Shown piece after piece: positions 1 to 8,569 of a stretch of 38,120 nt of DNA (the stretch's first letter is position 1; the number at the start of each line of letters is the position of its first letter). Location: IMG/VR virus record IMGVR_UViG_3300007351_000034; one strand, 5' to 3'. Position numbers and translations under genes: made by a program. The notes beneath the pieces are model-generated. The model was given only the letters and a program-made list of their open reading frames with translations, searched no databases and was not told the DNA's origin. The stretch comes from a virus.

Positions 1-99
1 CACGGGATACTTCGATGAACTCTGCCTTGCCGGGGACTGCCAGACTGCATTCCCTGGTTCATCAGGCGGCGAGGCGAACACCGCAAGCAACCTCGGGAC
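1..99. repeat. Terminal duplication, copy 1 (identical to 38022-38120); circular-assembly overlap
   Basis: The first 99 nt match the last 99 nt base for base. The duplicated segment lies inside a reading frame that is continuous across the junction. Confidence 0.9.
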
Positions 100-2533
100 C
101 GGCCTCAATATCTTCGACTCTAAGAGCGGAGTGGATCTCCGGTTCAACACCATCGCCGCAGGCTCGAACGTCACCATCTCGACCAGCTCAGACGACAATA
201 CGCTTGTTATCGCTTCCACGGGCGGAGGTGGCACGTTCGCATGGACGCCAACGACCAACTACGGTGCGGCCGCTAACTCAACCTCAACCCCCATCTGGTT
301 CCAGTCGGGCCTTCAGGCTTCTTCAACCTCGCATCTAGCAAACGCCTCGACCTCCCAGTTCTCCGTCACCGGCACGGCAACGACTACCTTCGCTGGTCCT
401 ATCGAGATGACCGGCGGTACGGGCCACTTCACCACCCACGGCATACGCGCGGACGCTTCTGACGGCCTGCACATCCATGCGAATAACTGGACGGACATCG
501 CCAATCTTGGAGCGGGTAATACCGCCAATGTCACTTTCTATGGAGCCGTGAACATCGACGGGAATACGCGCCTTGCAACATCACTCAACGGATTGCTCAA
601 GGCTTCGTCGGGAACCGTATCGGCCGCAGTATCCGGTACAGATTATGAAGTTCCTGTCACCGCAGGAGACGGCCTGACCCGCACACTTAACGACTTCGAC
701 TGTGATACCGCGTCGGGTTCTGTTTTCGGTTGCCTCTCCTCGACTGACTGGACGACATTCAACAACAAGCTTTCCTCCTACGACGCATGGACGCACCCAG
801 CAGCCGGACAGTCTGCGACGACCTCCCTCGTGCTGCTTTATGGGAATGCATCGACAACCCAGCTCTCCGCCAACCGCGCGTACATCGGGCAAACGGCCAC
901 GACCTCCTTCGCAGCAGACGGCGACGTGACGATCGGTGACGACCTCTTCATTGGCGCGACCGACTTCATCGACTTCGGTTCAGGTGACATTACTCTCACC
1001 CACTCGTCAGAAAACCTCACCCTTTCCTCGGGAGACCGCTTCAATGCGACCTACGCCTCAACGACCGCATTCTCGTCATCCTACGCGTCTAGCACGCAAC
1101 TCGGTATTAACGGCGATACCTTCACCGACCTCACGGGCACGGGCCTTACGGTTAGCGGCGGTGCGCTACAAACCACACTCGGCACCAGTATCGGTACGGG
1201 CGAAATCGACCCCGGTACCCAGAACACCGTGCTCACTACTAACGGCTCTTTCTCAGTGGGCTGGACCAAGCTCGACCTAGCGACCCAGGTGACTGGTACG
1301 CTCCCCATCGCAAACGGCGGAACCGGCACAACCACCGCACCTATCGGCCAGCTCCTCTATGGGGGAGCGTCAGCATACCAGTCTGTCGCTACCACGTCAG
1401 TAGCCTGTTCAGGTTCCGTATCATGTACGACGTTCACGGCTATCGGAGCGTCACCCATTACCATCTCCGGTACGGGCGGCGGCGGGGATTCTGCCTTCAC
1501 GATCGGCTCGAACCTCATCTACAACTCGACGACAACCGACGCGGTCGGTATCGGAACCTCTTCTCCCTTCGCGAAGCTCTCGGTGCATGCAAACGCTACC
1601 GAGTCTAAGACGACCCTCTTCGCGGTCGCCTCGTCTACTGCCTCGGCAACCACGACCATCTTCTCAATCTCGAACACCGGCACCGCCACACTCACCGGCG
1701 GAAATGCGGACAGCGCCAGTATCTTCGGCCCGGACGACTCGAACGCCTGGATTACCGGCTACGATGCGACGGATAAGAGTTTCGCCATCGCTTCCTCGAC
1801 CGCGCTCGGGACAGTCAATGCGCTCACTATCGCCAAGAGCACGCTGAACGCGACCTTCGCCGCAGCCCTCACCATCGCAGGCCAACTCGCCGGGGTGTCG
1901 TCTATTGACGCAACTACTGAGAGCACCATCGAGGCGGCGATTGATGCCCTCGCAAACTTGACCACCATTACCATCGGCGGGGATACCATCACTGACTTTG
2001 TAGGTACGGGCCTCTCGCTTACCGGCTCGACACTGGGGGTGAACCTCGCCGCGAACTTTGCCTGGACAGGCGTGCATGACTTCGGGTCGGCGGTCATTGA
2101 GATCACCAACGCCGCCGCTCCTACTCTCGATGCCACGGGTGAGATAGCGTGGGACACCACGTCGGGTCAGTTGAAGATTTACGACGGTTCTGCGACCCGT
2201 GTCCTTTCAAACGGCTATCTTTACCCGGCCTTCACCTACGCGACCTCGACCGCCTGGACCGGCACTACCACTATTCCGCTCGGCCCGGCATTCGTTGGTG
2301 AGACGTGGAGCCAGGTCATGTGCTTCACCGACACCGGCACGGTGAACGTTTCATTTAACGACGGCACAAACCGCATGGACCTCTTGAACGCCTCGACGAC
2401 GGTGGGAACCTTCAACCTCACCACCAACAACACCTTCACGGCCGCGGAGAAGCGGTACGTGGACGTGGGAACCCCCGCCACAAGTCCCACAAAGGTTAGC
2501 TGCACGGTTCGTAAGGCACTCACCGCTGACTAG
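2..2533 (+). CDS. Tail fibre / receptor-binding-like protein, downstream part of a gene that starts at 37882 and wraps across the junction (about 890 aa in total)
   Basis: Frame 2 is open from nt 2, upstream of the track ORF 131-2533. It is in phase with ATG 37882 once the 99-nt duplication is collapsed. The sequence is long and Ser/Thr/Gly/Ala-rich. Stop is TAG 2531-2533. Confidence 0.6.
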   Translation, partial: TGYFDELCLAGDCQTAFPGSSGGEANTASNLGTGLNIFDSKSGVDLRFNTIAAGSNVTISTSSDDNTLVIASTGGGGTFAWTPTTNYGAAANSTSTPIWFQSGLQASSTSHLANASTSQFSVTGTATTTFAGPIEMTGGTGHFTTHGIRADASDGLHIHANNWTDIANLGAGNTANVTFYGAVNIDGNTRLATSLNGLLKASSGTVSAAVSGTDYEVPVTAGDGLTRTLNDFDCDTASGSVFGCLSSTDWTTFNNKLSSYDAWTHPAAGQSATTSLVLLYGNASTTQLSANRAYIGQTATTSFAADGDVTIGDDLFIGATDFIDFGSGDITLTHSSENLTLSSGDRFNATYASTTAFSSSYASSTQLGINGDTFTDLTGTGLTVSGGALQTTLGTSIGTGEIDPGTQNTVLTTNGSFSVGWTKLDLATQVTGTLPIANGGTGTTTAPIGQLLYGGASAYQSVATTSVACSGSVSCTTFTAIGASPITISGTGGGGDSAFTIGSNLIYNSTTTDAVGIGTSSPFAKLSVHANATESKTTLFAVASSTASATTTIFSISNTGTATLTGGNADSASIFGPDDSNAWITGYDATDKSFAIASSTALGTVNALTIAKSTLNATFAAALTIAGQLAGVSSIDATTESTIEAAIDALANLTTITIGGDTITDFVGTGLSLTGSTLGVNLAANFAWTGVHDFGSAVIEITNAAAPTLDATGEIAWDTTSGQLKIYDGSATRVLSNGYLYPAFTYATSTAWTGTTTIPLGPAFVGETWSQVMCFTDTGTVNVSFNDGTNRMDLLNASTTVGTFNLTTNNTFTAAEKRYVDVGTPATSPTKVSCTVRKALTAD

Positions 2534-2534
2534 T

Positions 2535-3536
2535 ATGCGCATCTCCAAAGCAGTCGGGGTAGGGTCGGTACTCGCGCTCGCGACCTTCGCGCCGGTCGTG
2601 CCGCACGAGATGGAGCTGGCCTACTCCTACCAGCAGGCATACGAGGACCAGTTCATCACCTCGACCGGCACGCCCGGTTCGTACCTCGACCCGGTACGCA
2701 AGCCAGTACCCATCTTTGAGGATACGGACGGCAACGGCCTCATCTCCGTCTCCGTCTTCTACGACCGAGCCGGGAACGAGCTCTTCGTACAGATACCCGA
2801 CCGCCAGTACGCCGAGATGGGCCGGGAGCGGGGCCACGAGCGCAACCCGAAGCGCCACGAGTTCGAGTCGCTCCTGCAATCGCTGACCCCCGCGGCGGAG
2901 GCTGCGGTCGCCCTCGACAACACCGTGTCCGCGCAGAGCGTCGGGAAGGTCACGTCGCTCACGACCGCGATGACGGTAGCTGACAATACGCTCCTCATCA
3001 TCTCTTCGTTCAACAACGACACCCGCACCGGCATGACCGCGACCTACGACGGCGTGTCCATGACCAACGACGCTCAGTCTACCGGCGTCCTCCCGCAGTA
3101 CATCTTCTCCCTTTACGTCACGACCGGGAAGACGGCGAATATCGTCATCACCGTGAACGATGCAGCGACCGACGTGTGGGTGCGCGGCGCAAGCTGGACC
3201 GGCCTCGCCTCCCAGGCCGCCGAAGCATCTGCCAACACGACCGGCACCGGCACGAGCGCGACGAGCAACCTCACCACCACCTCTGACGACGCCCATGTGG
3301 TGGCCTCCCTCGTGAACGAGAACGGCAACGCCCAGAGTATGGGGACGAATACCCAGGACATCGTGGCGACCACCTACGTCGCCTACTCCCCGCTCGCCTC
3401 CGGCACGGCAGGCTCGAAAACGCTCACTGTGACGTGGACGGGCAGCTCGAACTGGTACTCGGCGGGGGCGGCGTATTCGCTCGCGCCTGCAAGTGCGGCC
3501 AGTAGTGTCGAGAGCGACCTAATCATCTTTGAATAA
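2535..3536 (+). CDS. Hypothetical fibre-module protein with signal-peptide-like N-terminus
   Basis: ATG lies 1 nt after the preceding stop. The N-terminus is hydrophobic (MRISKAVGVGSVLALATFAPVV) and the C-terminal half is Thr/Ser-rich. Antisense and alternative-frame ORFs here look like GC-driven artefacts. Confidence 0.6.
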   Translation: MRISKAVGVGSVLALATFAPVVPHEMELAYSYQQAYEDQFITSTGTPGSYLDPVRKPVPIFEDTDGNGLISVSVFYDRAGNELFVQIPDRQYAEMGRERGHERNPKRHEFESLLQSLTPAAEAAVALDNTVSAQSVGKVTSLTTAMTVADNTLLIISSFNNDTRTGMTATYDGVSMTNDAQSTGVLPQYIFSLYVTTGKTANIVITVNDAATDVWVRGASWTGLASQAAEASANTTGTGTSATSNLTTTSDDAHVVASLVNENGNAQSMGTNTQDIVATTYVAYSPLASGTAGSKTLTVTWTGSSNWYSAGAAYSLAPASAASSVESDLIIFE

Positions 3537-3538
3537 CT

Positions 3539-4135
3539 ATGTGGCTCCTCAAGAACATCATCCTACTCAAGAACTGGCTTGCGTTCTATCGCGGCTCCCT
3601 GCACCTCGAACTCCGCAATGGCCTGGTCATCGACCTTCCCACCCGCGATGACATCTGCATCGTGCATGAGGTGATTGCCGACCGCACCTACGGCCGCTTC
3701 ATCGGGAACGAGCGCACGATACTCGACATCGGGGCGCATATCGGCACGTTCACCCTCCTCGCGCTCAAGGAGACGAACGCGCGTGTCATCTGCTACGAGC
3801 CGTCCTCCCGGAACTTCGCCTACCTCACGCGCAACATCGAGCAGAACGGCTTTGCGAACCGCGTGGAGCTACACCGACAGGCGGTCGCCAAGGAGCCGGG
3901 CATCGCTACCCTCCACCTCTCGGCTGAAGGGGATACGGGCCACAACTCCCTCACCGGCAACGGGTTCGTCGTCGGCGGGACGGAACAGGTGGAATGCGTC
4001 ACGCTCGATTCCATCACCACCACGAACCCCTGCGACCTCCTGAAAATCGACTGCGAGGATGCCGAGCCGGAGATCCTGAGTTCGAGCGACCTGTCCCGCG
4101 TCGGGCGCATCGTCGCTGAAGCACCGTACCTATGA
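3539..4135 (+). CDS. FkbM-family SAM-dependent methyltransferase
   Basis: ILDIGAHIGTFTL (motif I-like) and LLKIDCEDAEPEIL are characteristic of the FkbM/Methyltransf_21 family. The gene is tightly packed in the fibre module. Confidence 0.75.
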   Translation: MWLLKNIILLKNWLAFYRGSLHLELRNGLVIDLPTRDDICIVHEVIADRTYGRFIGNERTILDIGAHIGTFTLLALKETNARVICYEPSSRNFAYLTRNIEQNGFANRVELHRQAVAKEPGIATLHLSAEGDTGHNSLTGNGFVVGGTEQVECVTLDSITTTNPCDLLKIDCEDAEPEILSSSDLSRVGRIVAEAPYL

Positions 4136-5124
4136 AGAAACTCCTCACCCTCTTCCTCGCCCTCGCGCTCCTCGCCCCGCACCCGGCGTACGCGCTCCTC
4201 TTGGATGACGTGGCGGGGGCGACCTTCGCCTTCTCCCTTTCCCGTTACCTCAAGACCGCCTTCGAGGGCAGTTCCGTTGTCCGGCTCCGCGAGAGCGCGA
4301 CTGCTGGCACGCAGGACTTCAAACTGAACGGTTCGAACGTGCTCGTGACGAACGACGTGAATGAGTACACCGTGACGCAGTGGCTCGCGCTCACGAGCGC
4401 GACCACCTCCTACGTCGTCTCGGTGTACGACCACACCGGCAACGGCAACACGTTCACCGCACCGGCTGGCATCAACGAGCCGGTCCTCACCGAAGGCACG
4501 TCCCTCAATAGTCTTGCGGCAATCGACTTTTCCGCCAGTTCAGAATACCGCCTCGAAGCGACAACCCTGGACATCGGTAGTGCCAATCCGATTGAGATAT
4601 TCGGCCTCACGAGGAGTGCCGGGTCGTTCTCTGCCACCGACCGCTACCTGTTCTCGAACGGAGCCGTCTCGCTCGCGGCTGCTGCGGTTGATTTGAACAA
4701 CTTCATCTGGCAGGCCGACCTCGGTGAAAACATCCTGAGTGCGAATGCACCTGTAGTTGATACGAACTACCAACTCTCATACCGCTACGACGGCACGAGC
4801 AACTTCATCATCAACGTCAACTGTACCGAGGAGGCGAACCAGGTGAACGCTGGCGGCCCTGCGGACTGGCGTACCGCAGGCACCGATGTCATCGGCAACT
4901 CTGCGTCGACGGCCGCGGACCGGCTCTGGGGCGGCCTTATCGCGGAACTGATTGTGTTCAAAACCGCCTACAGTGCAGGCGATGTGACCAATATTCAGAC
5001 CTCGATGGGTACGCAGGGAAACATCACCGGCTGCGCTGCCGCGCCCGCCGCAGACACCCCCTCGCTCCTCCGCATTAACGGCGGGACGTGGTGGACGCGA
5101 GGAGGGTCGTTAATCATTCGCTGA
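4132..5124 (+). CDS. Secreted or tail-associated protein, possible LamG/concanavalin-like jelly-roll domain
   Basis: ATGA overlap with the upstream gene. Sec-type signal peptide MKKLLTLFLALALLAPHPAYA. The C-terminal DRLWGGLIAELIVFKTAYSAGDV weakly resembles LamG-type domain ends. Confidence 0.5.
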   Translation: MKKLLTLFLALALLAPHPAYALLLDDVAGATFAFSLSRYLKTAFEGSSVVRLRESATAGTQDFKLNGSNVLVTNDVNEYTVTQWLALTSATTSYVVSVYDHTGNGNTFTAPAGINEPVLTEGTSLNSLAAIDFSASSEYRLEATTLDIGSANPIEIFGLTRSAGSFSATDRYLFSNGAVSLAAAAVDLNNFIWQADLGENILSANAPVVDTNYQLSYRYDGTSNFIINVNCTEEANQVNAGGPADWRTAGTDVIGNSASTAADRLWGGLIAELIVFKTAYSAGDVTNIQTSMGTQGNITGCAAAPAADTPSLLRINGGTWWTRGGSLIIR

Positions 5125-5125
5125 T

Positions 5126-5989
5126 ATGAACTACGGACTCGATATAGAGAAAGAGCTTTCAGAACACACCGAGGAGGATTGGATATTCGGCTCCACTTCC
5201 CTTCCCTGTATCGCCCTGATCCCAGAAGGAAAACGAGAAAAGTATCTCCCTGACGGAGAAATCCAGCGCGGAAAAGAGGACTTCCAGGACTGTGCGACCC
5301 GAGGACCCATCAACAAGGTCGAGACAAAGTTCACTTACCTCTACCAGAACGGTCTCCTAAGACCAGAAAATGCCTCGTGGCTCGAAGAGAATGAATACGT
5401 GAAAGAGGACCGCGTGCTGTTCTCCGACCGCTTCATAGCAATACTCAGCGGGACTACTCCCAGAGGAAACTCGCTCAAGGCTCCCATCCACGCCATGCAC
5501 AAGTATGGGCTCATCCCGAAGTCCATGCTCCCTGCGGGGAACCTCACCTGGGGCGAGTACCACGATCCGCGCTCCATAACCCCCGAGATGGAGCGGCTTG
5601 GTAAGGAGTTTCTCAAGCGGTTCTCAATAAACTACGAACGAGTCTACTTTGACACGTTCGATGACCTGATCGAGCAGGACATGCTCGTTGTCGGTGGACA
5701 CGCCTGGCCCAAGCCCGTGAATGGCGTATACCCCAGGACCGAGCGGAACATCAACCATGCCTTCCTCTACTTCAGAGACCGGTACGACATATTCGACAAC
5801 TACATAGAGGGAGAGGGTGATTTCATCAAGCGACTCGCAAAAGACTATGCGCTGCTCGGTTACGGCTATCGTGTCTTCATAACCGAGGAGCCGGGACAGC
5901 AGCTGACTAACCTCATGGAGCGGGCTGTCACGCTCCTTATGGAGTGGCGCGATTTACTACTAAAGCAACTCGGTGGACTATGGAAGTAA
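5126..5989 (+). CDS. Putative papain-like cysteine peptidase (candidate muralytic endopeptidase)
   Basis: 287 aa. FQDCATRG (Gln/Cys) and a later NINHAF...FDNY (His, Asn) arrangement resemble a Cys-His-Asn peptidase. It sits directly upstream of the CHAP and holin-like genes. Confidence 0.45.
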   Translation: MNYGLDIEKELSEHTEEDWIFGSTSLPCIALIPEGKREKYLPDGEIQRGKEDFQDCATRGPINKVETKFTYLYQNGLLRPENASWLEENEYVKEDRVLFSDRFIAILSGTTPRGNSLKAPIHAMHKYGLIPKSMLPAGNLTWGEYHDPRSITPEMERLGKEFLKRFSINYERVYFDTFDDLIEQDMLVVGGHAWPKPVNGVYPRTERNINHAFLYFRDRYDIFDNYIEGEGDFIKRLAKDYALLGYGYRVFITEEPGQQLTNLMERAVTLLMEWRDLLLKQLGGLWK

Positions 5990-6552
5990 TCTTTACGTGG
6001 GCGACCTTCTTGTTCCTTGCGCTTTTCGGTGGCCTGATGGCGTGGAAGCATCCCGAGGAAGAAGTCGTTGAGCCGATACTATTCATCCCCGAACCGCCTA
6101 AGCCAGTCGAAAAGACCCGTCGAGAGAAATTCTACGACTACGCCTACCAGTGTCTCGGACAGAAGAAAGGACTCGACCGCTCAATTCCCAAGGAGGTGAA
6201 CTGTGCTAATGCACTATCTCACGTACTTATCGGATTCGGGGTATCGGGACTTCCGATAAAAGGAATCGCCTCATCCGCAACACTTGATCGGTGGTTTGCA
6301 AAGAGTCCCGGGTTCGAGAAGGTGTCAGAACCCCAATTCGGGGACATCATCTCATCCCCCACCGGGTCAGGAAACGGGAAGATACGCGGCCACGTCGGAG
6401 TGGTTGGTAAGCATCAAATCATGTCTAACAACTCCCGTACCGGACTGTGGCAGAGTCACTGGACCCTGAAAGAGTGGATAGACTACTACCAGAAGTACGG
6501 CGGTCTCAAGACCAATTACTACCGTCTGCTATCCACAGCACAGGAGGGGTAA
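5980..6552 (+). CDS. CHAP/NlpC-P60-type cysteine peptidase/amidase with N-terminal transmembrane segment (candidate signal-anchored endolysin)
   Basis: Start placed at ATG 5980 (MEVIFTWATFLFLALFGGLMAW is a hydrophobic helix). NCANALSHV (Cys) and GHVGVV (His) motifs fit the CHAP fold. The track ORF starts at 5944 in the same frame. Confidence 0.6.
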   Translation: MEVIFTWATFLFLALFGGLMAWKHPEEEVVEPILFIPEPPKPVEKTRREKFYDYAYQCLGQKKGLDRSIPKEVNCANALSHVLIGFGVSGLPIKGIASSATLDRWFAKSPGFEKVSEPQFGDIISSPTGSGNGKIRGHVGVVGKHQIMSNNSRTGLWQSHWTLKEWIDYYQKYGGLKTNYYRLLSTAQEG

Positions 6553-6555
6553 AAC

Positions 6556-6825
6556 ATGGGAACCTCTCGGGGTATGAACCAAAAGAATCTCGGTGCGCTT
6601 TCCAGTTCCGTTAACCCTCAGGAGCTTTCGAGGACGATCGAGGGCGTTATGAAGGCGGTGGGAGGTGCGCTTGTCTTCTTCGGTGTCGCGTCGGTAACTG
6701 ACGTGAACACGCTTACAGGACAGATTAGCCAGCTCGTCACTCTCGGTTACGCATTCTTCGGCGTAGCGGAGGCGGCATTCGGCCTCATTCGAAAGATCAT
6801 CGTCGCCATCAACGAACGGGTATAA
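6556..6825 (+). CDS. Holin-like small membrane protein
   Basis: AGGAGG lies about 8 nt upstream of the ATG. 89 aa with two hydrophobic helices (GGALVFFGVASV and LVTLGYAFFGVAEAAFGLI). It is embedded between muralytic genes. Confidence 0.5.
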   Translation: MGTSRGMNQKNLGALSSSVNPQELSRTIEGVMKAVGGALVFFGVASVTDVNTLTGQISQLVTLGYAFFGVAEAAFGLIRKIIVAINERV

Positions 6826-6837
6826 CGGCTTATATTA

Positions 6838-6863
6838 CCGCTCGCTTTCATAGCGGCGTTTTT
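6838..6863 (+). terminator. Weak intrinsic terminator-like hairpin
   Basis: CCGCT/AGCGG 5-bp stem with a 9-nt loop, followed by CG then TTTTT (6859-6863). Confidence 0.35.
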
Positions 6864-7287
6864 GCCTGTTTCCGTTCAATCGCCGCCCATACTGGCAGTT
6901 TCTGGTGAACCACAGTTCACTGAAGCACCCACACATGCCCCTGTAAGCCCCAAAACTGGCCCAGGAGAGGATTTACTGGCGTCTGGGTACTTGGAGGCAC
7001 TAGCCAGGGATACTGCCCGTAGAAACGGCTTAAATGAGGAGCTTTTCATCAAGACCCTCGAATGCGAATCTGCTGGCTGGCAAAATATACAAAGTCAGAT
7101 ACCCGGAAACGGCCCTAACAATCGAGAGGATTCATGGGGTGTATCACAAATCCACCTCCCCTCACACCCGGAGATTACGAGAGAGCAAGCACTTGATCCT
7201 GAGTTTGCTATCGCGTGGATGGCGGAAGAATGGGTTAAAGGGAACGAATGGAAATGGACGTGCTATAGGAAAATGAACCCCGGCTAG
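6862..7287 (+). CDS. Lytic transglycosylase (SLT-domain) protein
   Basis: TLECESAGW (catalytic Glu-Ser) and WGVSQIH motifs are typical of SLT domains. The start is uncertain: TTG 6862 per the track, with no in-frame ATG before the catalytic region. Confidence 0.55.
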   Translation: MPVSVQSPPILAVSGEPQFTEAPTHAPVSPKTGPGEDLLASGYLEALARDTARRNGLNEELFIKTLECESAGWQNIQSQIPGNGPNNREDSWGVSQIHLPSHPEITREQALDPEFAIAWMAEEWVKGNEWKWTCYRKMNPG

Positions 7288-7361
7288 AAGTCGGGGTAAG
7301 TGCCTAGATAGGCATACAGTGAGAACGCGAGGCAGAGGATCGGGACGACTAGCTTGACCAC
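7284..7361 (-). CDS. Possible 25-aa hydrophobic peptide (GTG start)
   Basis: GTG 7361 overlaps the end of the 7349-7450 ORF. It encodes VKLVVPILCLAFSLYAYLGTYPDF. Below the track cutoff and speculative. Confidence 0.2.
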   Translation of the reverse strand: MVKLVVPILCLAFSLYAYLGTYPDF

Positions 7362-7450
7362 GGGTCGAGCCAGAAATCTTTGGTGAGATCCTTCCCCCAC
7401 ACGTACTTCCAGAGGAGGGCGAACACAAGCCCATAGAGGAGCATTCTCAT
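7349..7450 (-). CDS. Possible 33-aa hydrophobic peptide
   Basis: ATG 7450 overlaps the stop of the upstream gene (ATGA). It encodes MRMLLYGLVFALLWKYVWGKDLTKDFWLDPWSS. Below the track cutoff. Confidence 0.35.
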   Translation of the reverse strand: MRMLLYGLVFALLWKYVWGKDLTKDFWLDPWSS

Positions 7451-7638
7451 GTGCTGCCTCCTAGCTGGAGTTGCCCGGCGAACAAAGGGAGAATCACCTT
7501 TATCTGTGCCGAGCACACGGGACAGTCGTTTAAGATGACGGTCGTGACCATGACAGCCTCGCCGATCTCTTCGACATCTTCGTGTTTGGTGCGGAGCATG
7601 GGGCTACCGCACCGTGCGCATGAGGTCGATGACTTCAT
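7447..7638 (-). CDS. Small zinc-ribbon-like protein
   Basis: 63 aa with CARC and CPVC pairs. ATGA overlaps at both ends indicate translational coupling. Confidence 0.6.
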   Translation of the reverse strand: MKSSTSCARCGSPMLRTKHEDVEEIGEAVMVTTVILNDCPVCSAQIKVILPLFAGQLQLGGST

Positions 7639-7817
7639 GGATCACCTGTGGGTCTGGGGAGTTGGAAAAGGTCGAGCTGGCCGCCGATGCCGAGTTCACG
7701 GCACTTCTCGACAGACTGGCGTTGGGCCTCGCGCTCACGACACGAACGGTCGCTGCACACGAAGTCTCCGTTGGTCGCGCAGCCGCAGAAGTTGCAGCGG
7801 AAGACAATAGCTTTCAT
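7635..7817 (-). CDS. Small Cys-rich (zinc-ribbon-like) protein
   Basis: Start moved to ATG 7817, preceded by AGGAGG at 6 nt (MKAIVFRCNFCGC...). The longer track ORF (to 8006) overlaps the exonuclease gene. Confidence 0.6.
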   Translation of the reverse strand: MKAIVFRCNFCGCATNGDFVCSDRSCREREAQRQSVEKCRELGIGGQLDLFQLPRPTGDP

Positions 7818-7843
7818 TGAAGCCTCCTGTAGAACACCTGTCT

Positions 7844-8569
7844 TTATGCTAGAGACTTTATTTTCGTTTGGTGGGGGATAACTTTTTCCGTAGACCCGTA
7901 CTTGCTGATCCTGCACTCCCGACAGCGGTACTCTTGCCTGCGCGTCTTGCCGTTGGCCGAGTACACAAACCCACGCTTGTGGAATGAGGTCGAGCCGCAG
8001 ATACATCCATCACCGATGTTCGGATGGTTGATCATGTACGGTCGGAGCTTGAGATACACCTGCTCCAAGAGCACCACGTCCTGTTTGTTGTACGAGAGCA
8101 TCTTCTTCCAGGCTTTCTCATCCCCCGCAAGACATCCCTTCCATAGTGCCCAACCTCCTGTGTCCTCTTTCTGACCAAGACCGAGCATTTGTCCAAGATC
8201 GTTCAGTGAATTGCTTGGGAATCTAAAGTATTTCTTAGCCTCTAACTTAGTGTCTATGAACCGATAGTGTGAAGGTGGCTGTAGTCCTTCCTGTATGAAA
8301 AAGGCGTTCATGACCTTCACGTCGAAGGACTTGCCGTTGTGTGCGATCAAAATGTCAGCCTCGTCAGCCATATCCCACAACGCTTTCACTCGTTGTTTGT
8401 AGTTTAGTTCCGGCCCCACTATATGTACTTTCTTCTCGCCAAGTACCTTCCAGGCAAAGCATGCGAGTCTTGTGTGCTCGATTACTTCTAGCAGATTAGC
8501 TTCCCATTTTGGCCCCCATGTGTAGGCGACAATAGGGAGCGTTTCTAAATCGAATAGGATCGTTTTCAT
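7844..8569 (-). CDS. DnaQ-like 3'-5' exonuclease (DEDDy type) with C-terminal Cys cluster
   Basis: Start moved to ATG 8569 (MKTILFDLETL), which forms an ATGA overlap with the upstream stop. Exo I FDLET, Exo II HNGKSFD and Exo III YNKQD motifs are present, plus a C-terminal CICGS...CRECR. Confidence 0.65.
   Translation of the reverse strand: MKTILFDLETLPIVAYTWGPKWEANLLEVIEHTRLACFAWKVLGEKKVHIVGPELNYKQRVKALWDMADEADILIAHNGKSFDVKVMNAFFIQEGLQPPSHYRFIDTKLEAKKYFRFPSNSLNDLGQMLGLGQKEDTGGWALWKGCLAGDEKAWKKMLSYNKQDVVLLEQVYLKLRPYMINHPNIGDGCICGSTSFHKRGFVYSANGKTRRQEYRCRECRISKYGSTEKVIPHQTKIKSLA
7871..7882 (-). promoter_or_regulatory. Copy of conserved motif GTTATCCC(C)CAC (minus orientation)
   Basis: The plus strand reads GTGGGGGATAAC. 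It lies 53 nt upstream of ATG 7817, inside the 3' end of the exonuclease gene. Confidence 0.4.

Noticed and set aside
1-99. 99-bp direct terminal repeat as a physical genome end (T7-like DTR)
   Set aside because: The repeat lies inside an in-frame coding sequence and has the look of a fixed k-mer overlap. Assembly circularisation is more parsimonious, and the true termini cannot be inferred from this window.
15-338. 107-aa plus-strand ORF at the window start, and other short alternative-frame ORFs across 300-2550
   Set aside because: They overlap the long fibre frame, which continues across the junction. Their composition (Pro/Arg/Ser-rich) is typical of off-frame translation of GC-rich coding DNA.
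2520-4434. Long antisense ORFs (2520-3296, 258 aa; 3820-4434, 204 aa)
   Set aside because: Arg/Gly-rich shadow frames opposite well-supported plus-strand genes, including the motif-bearing FkbM methyltransferase.
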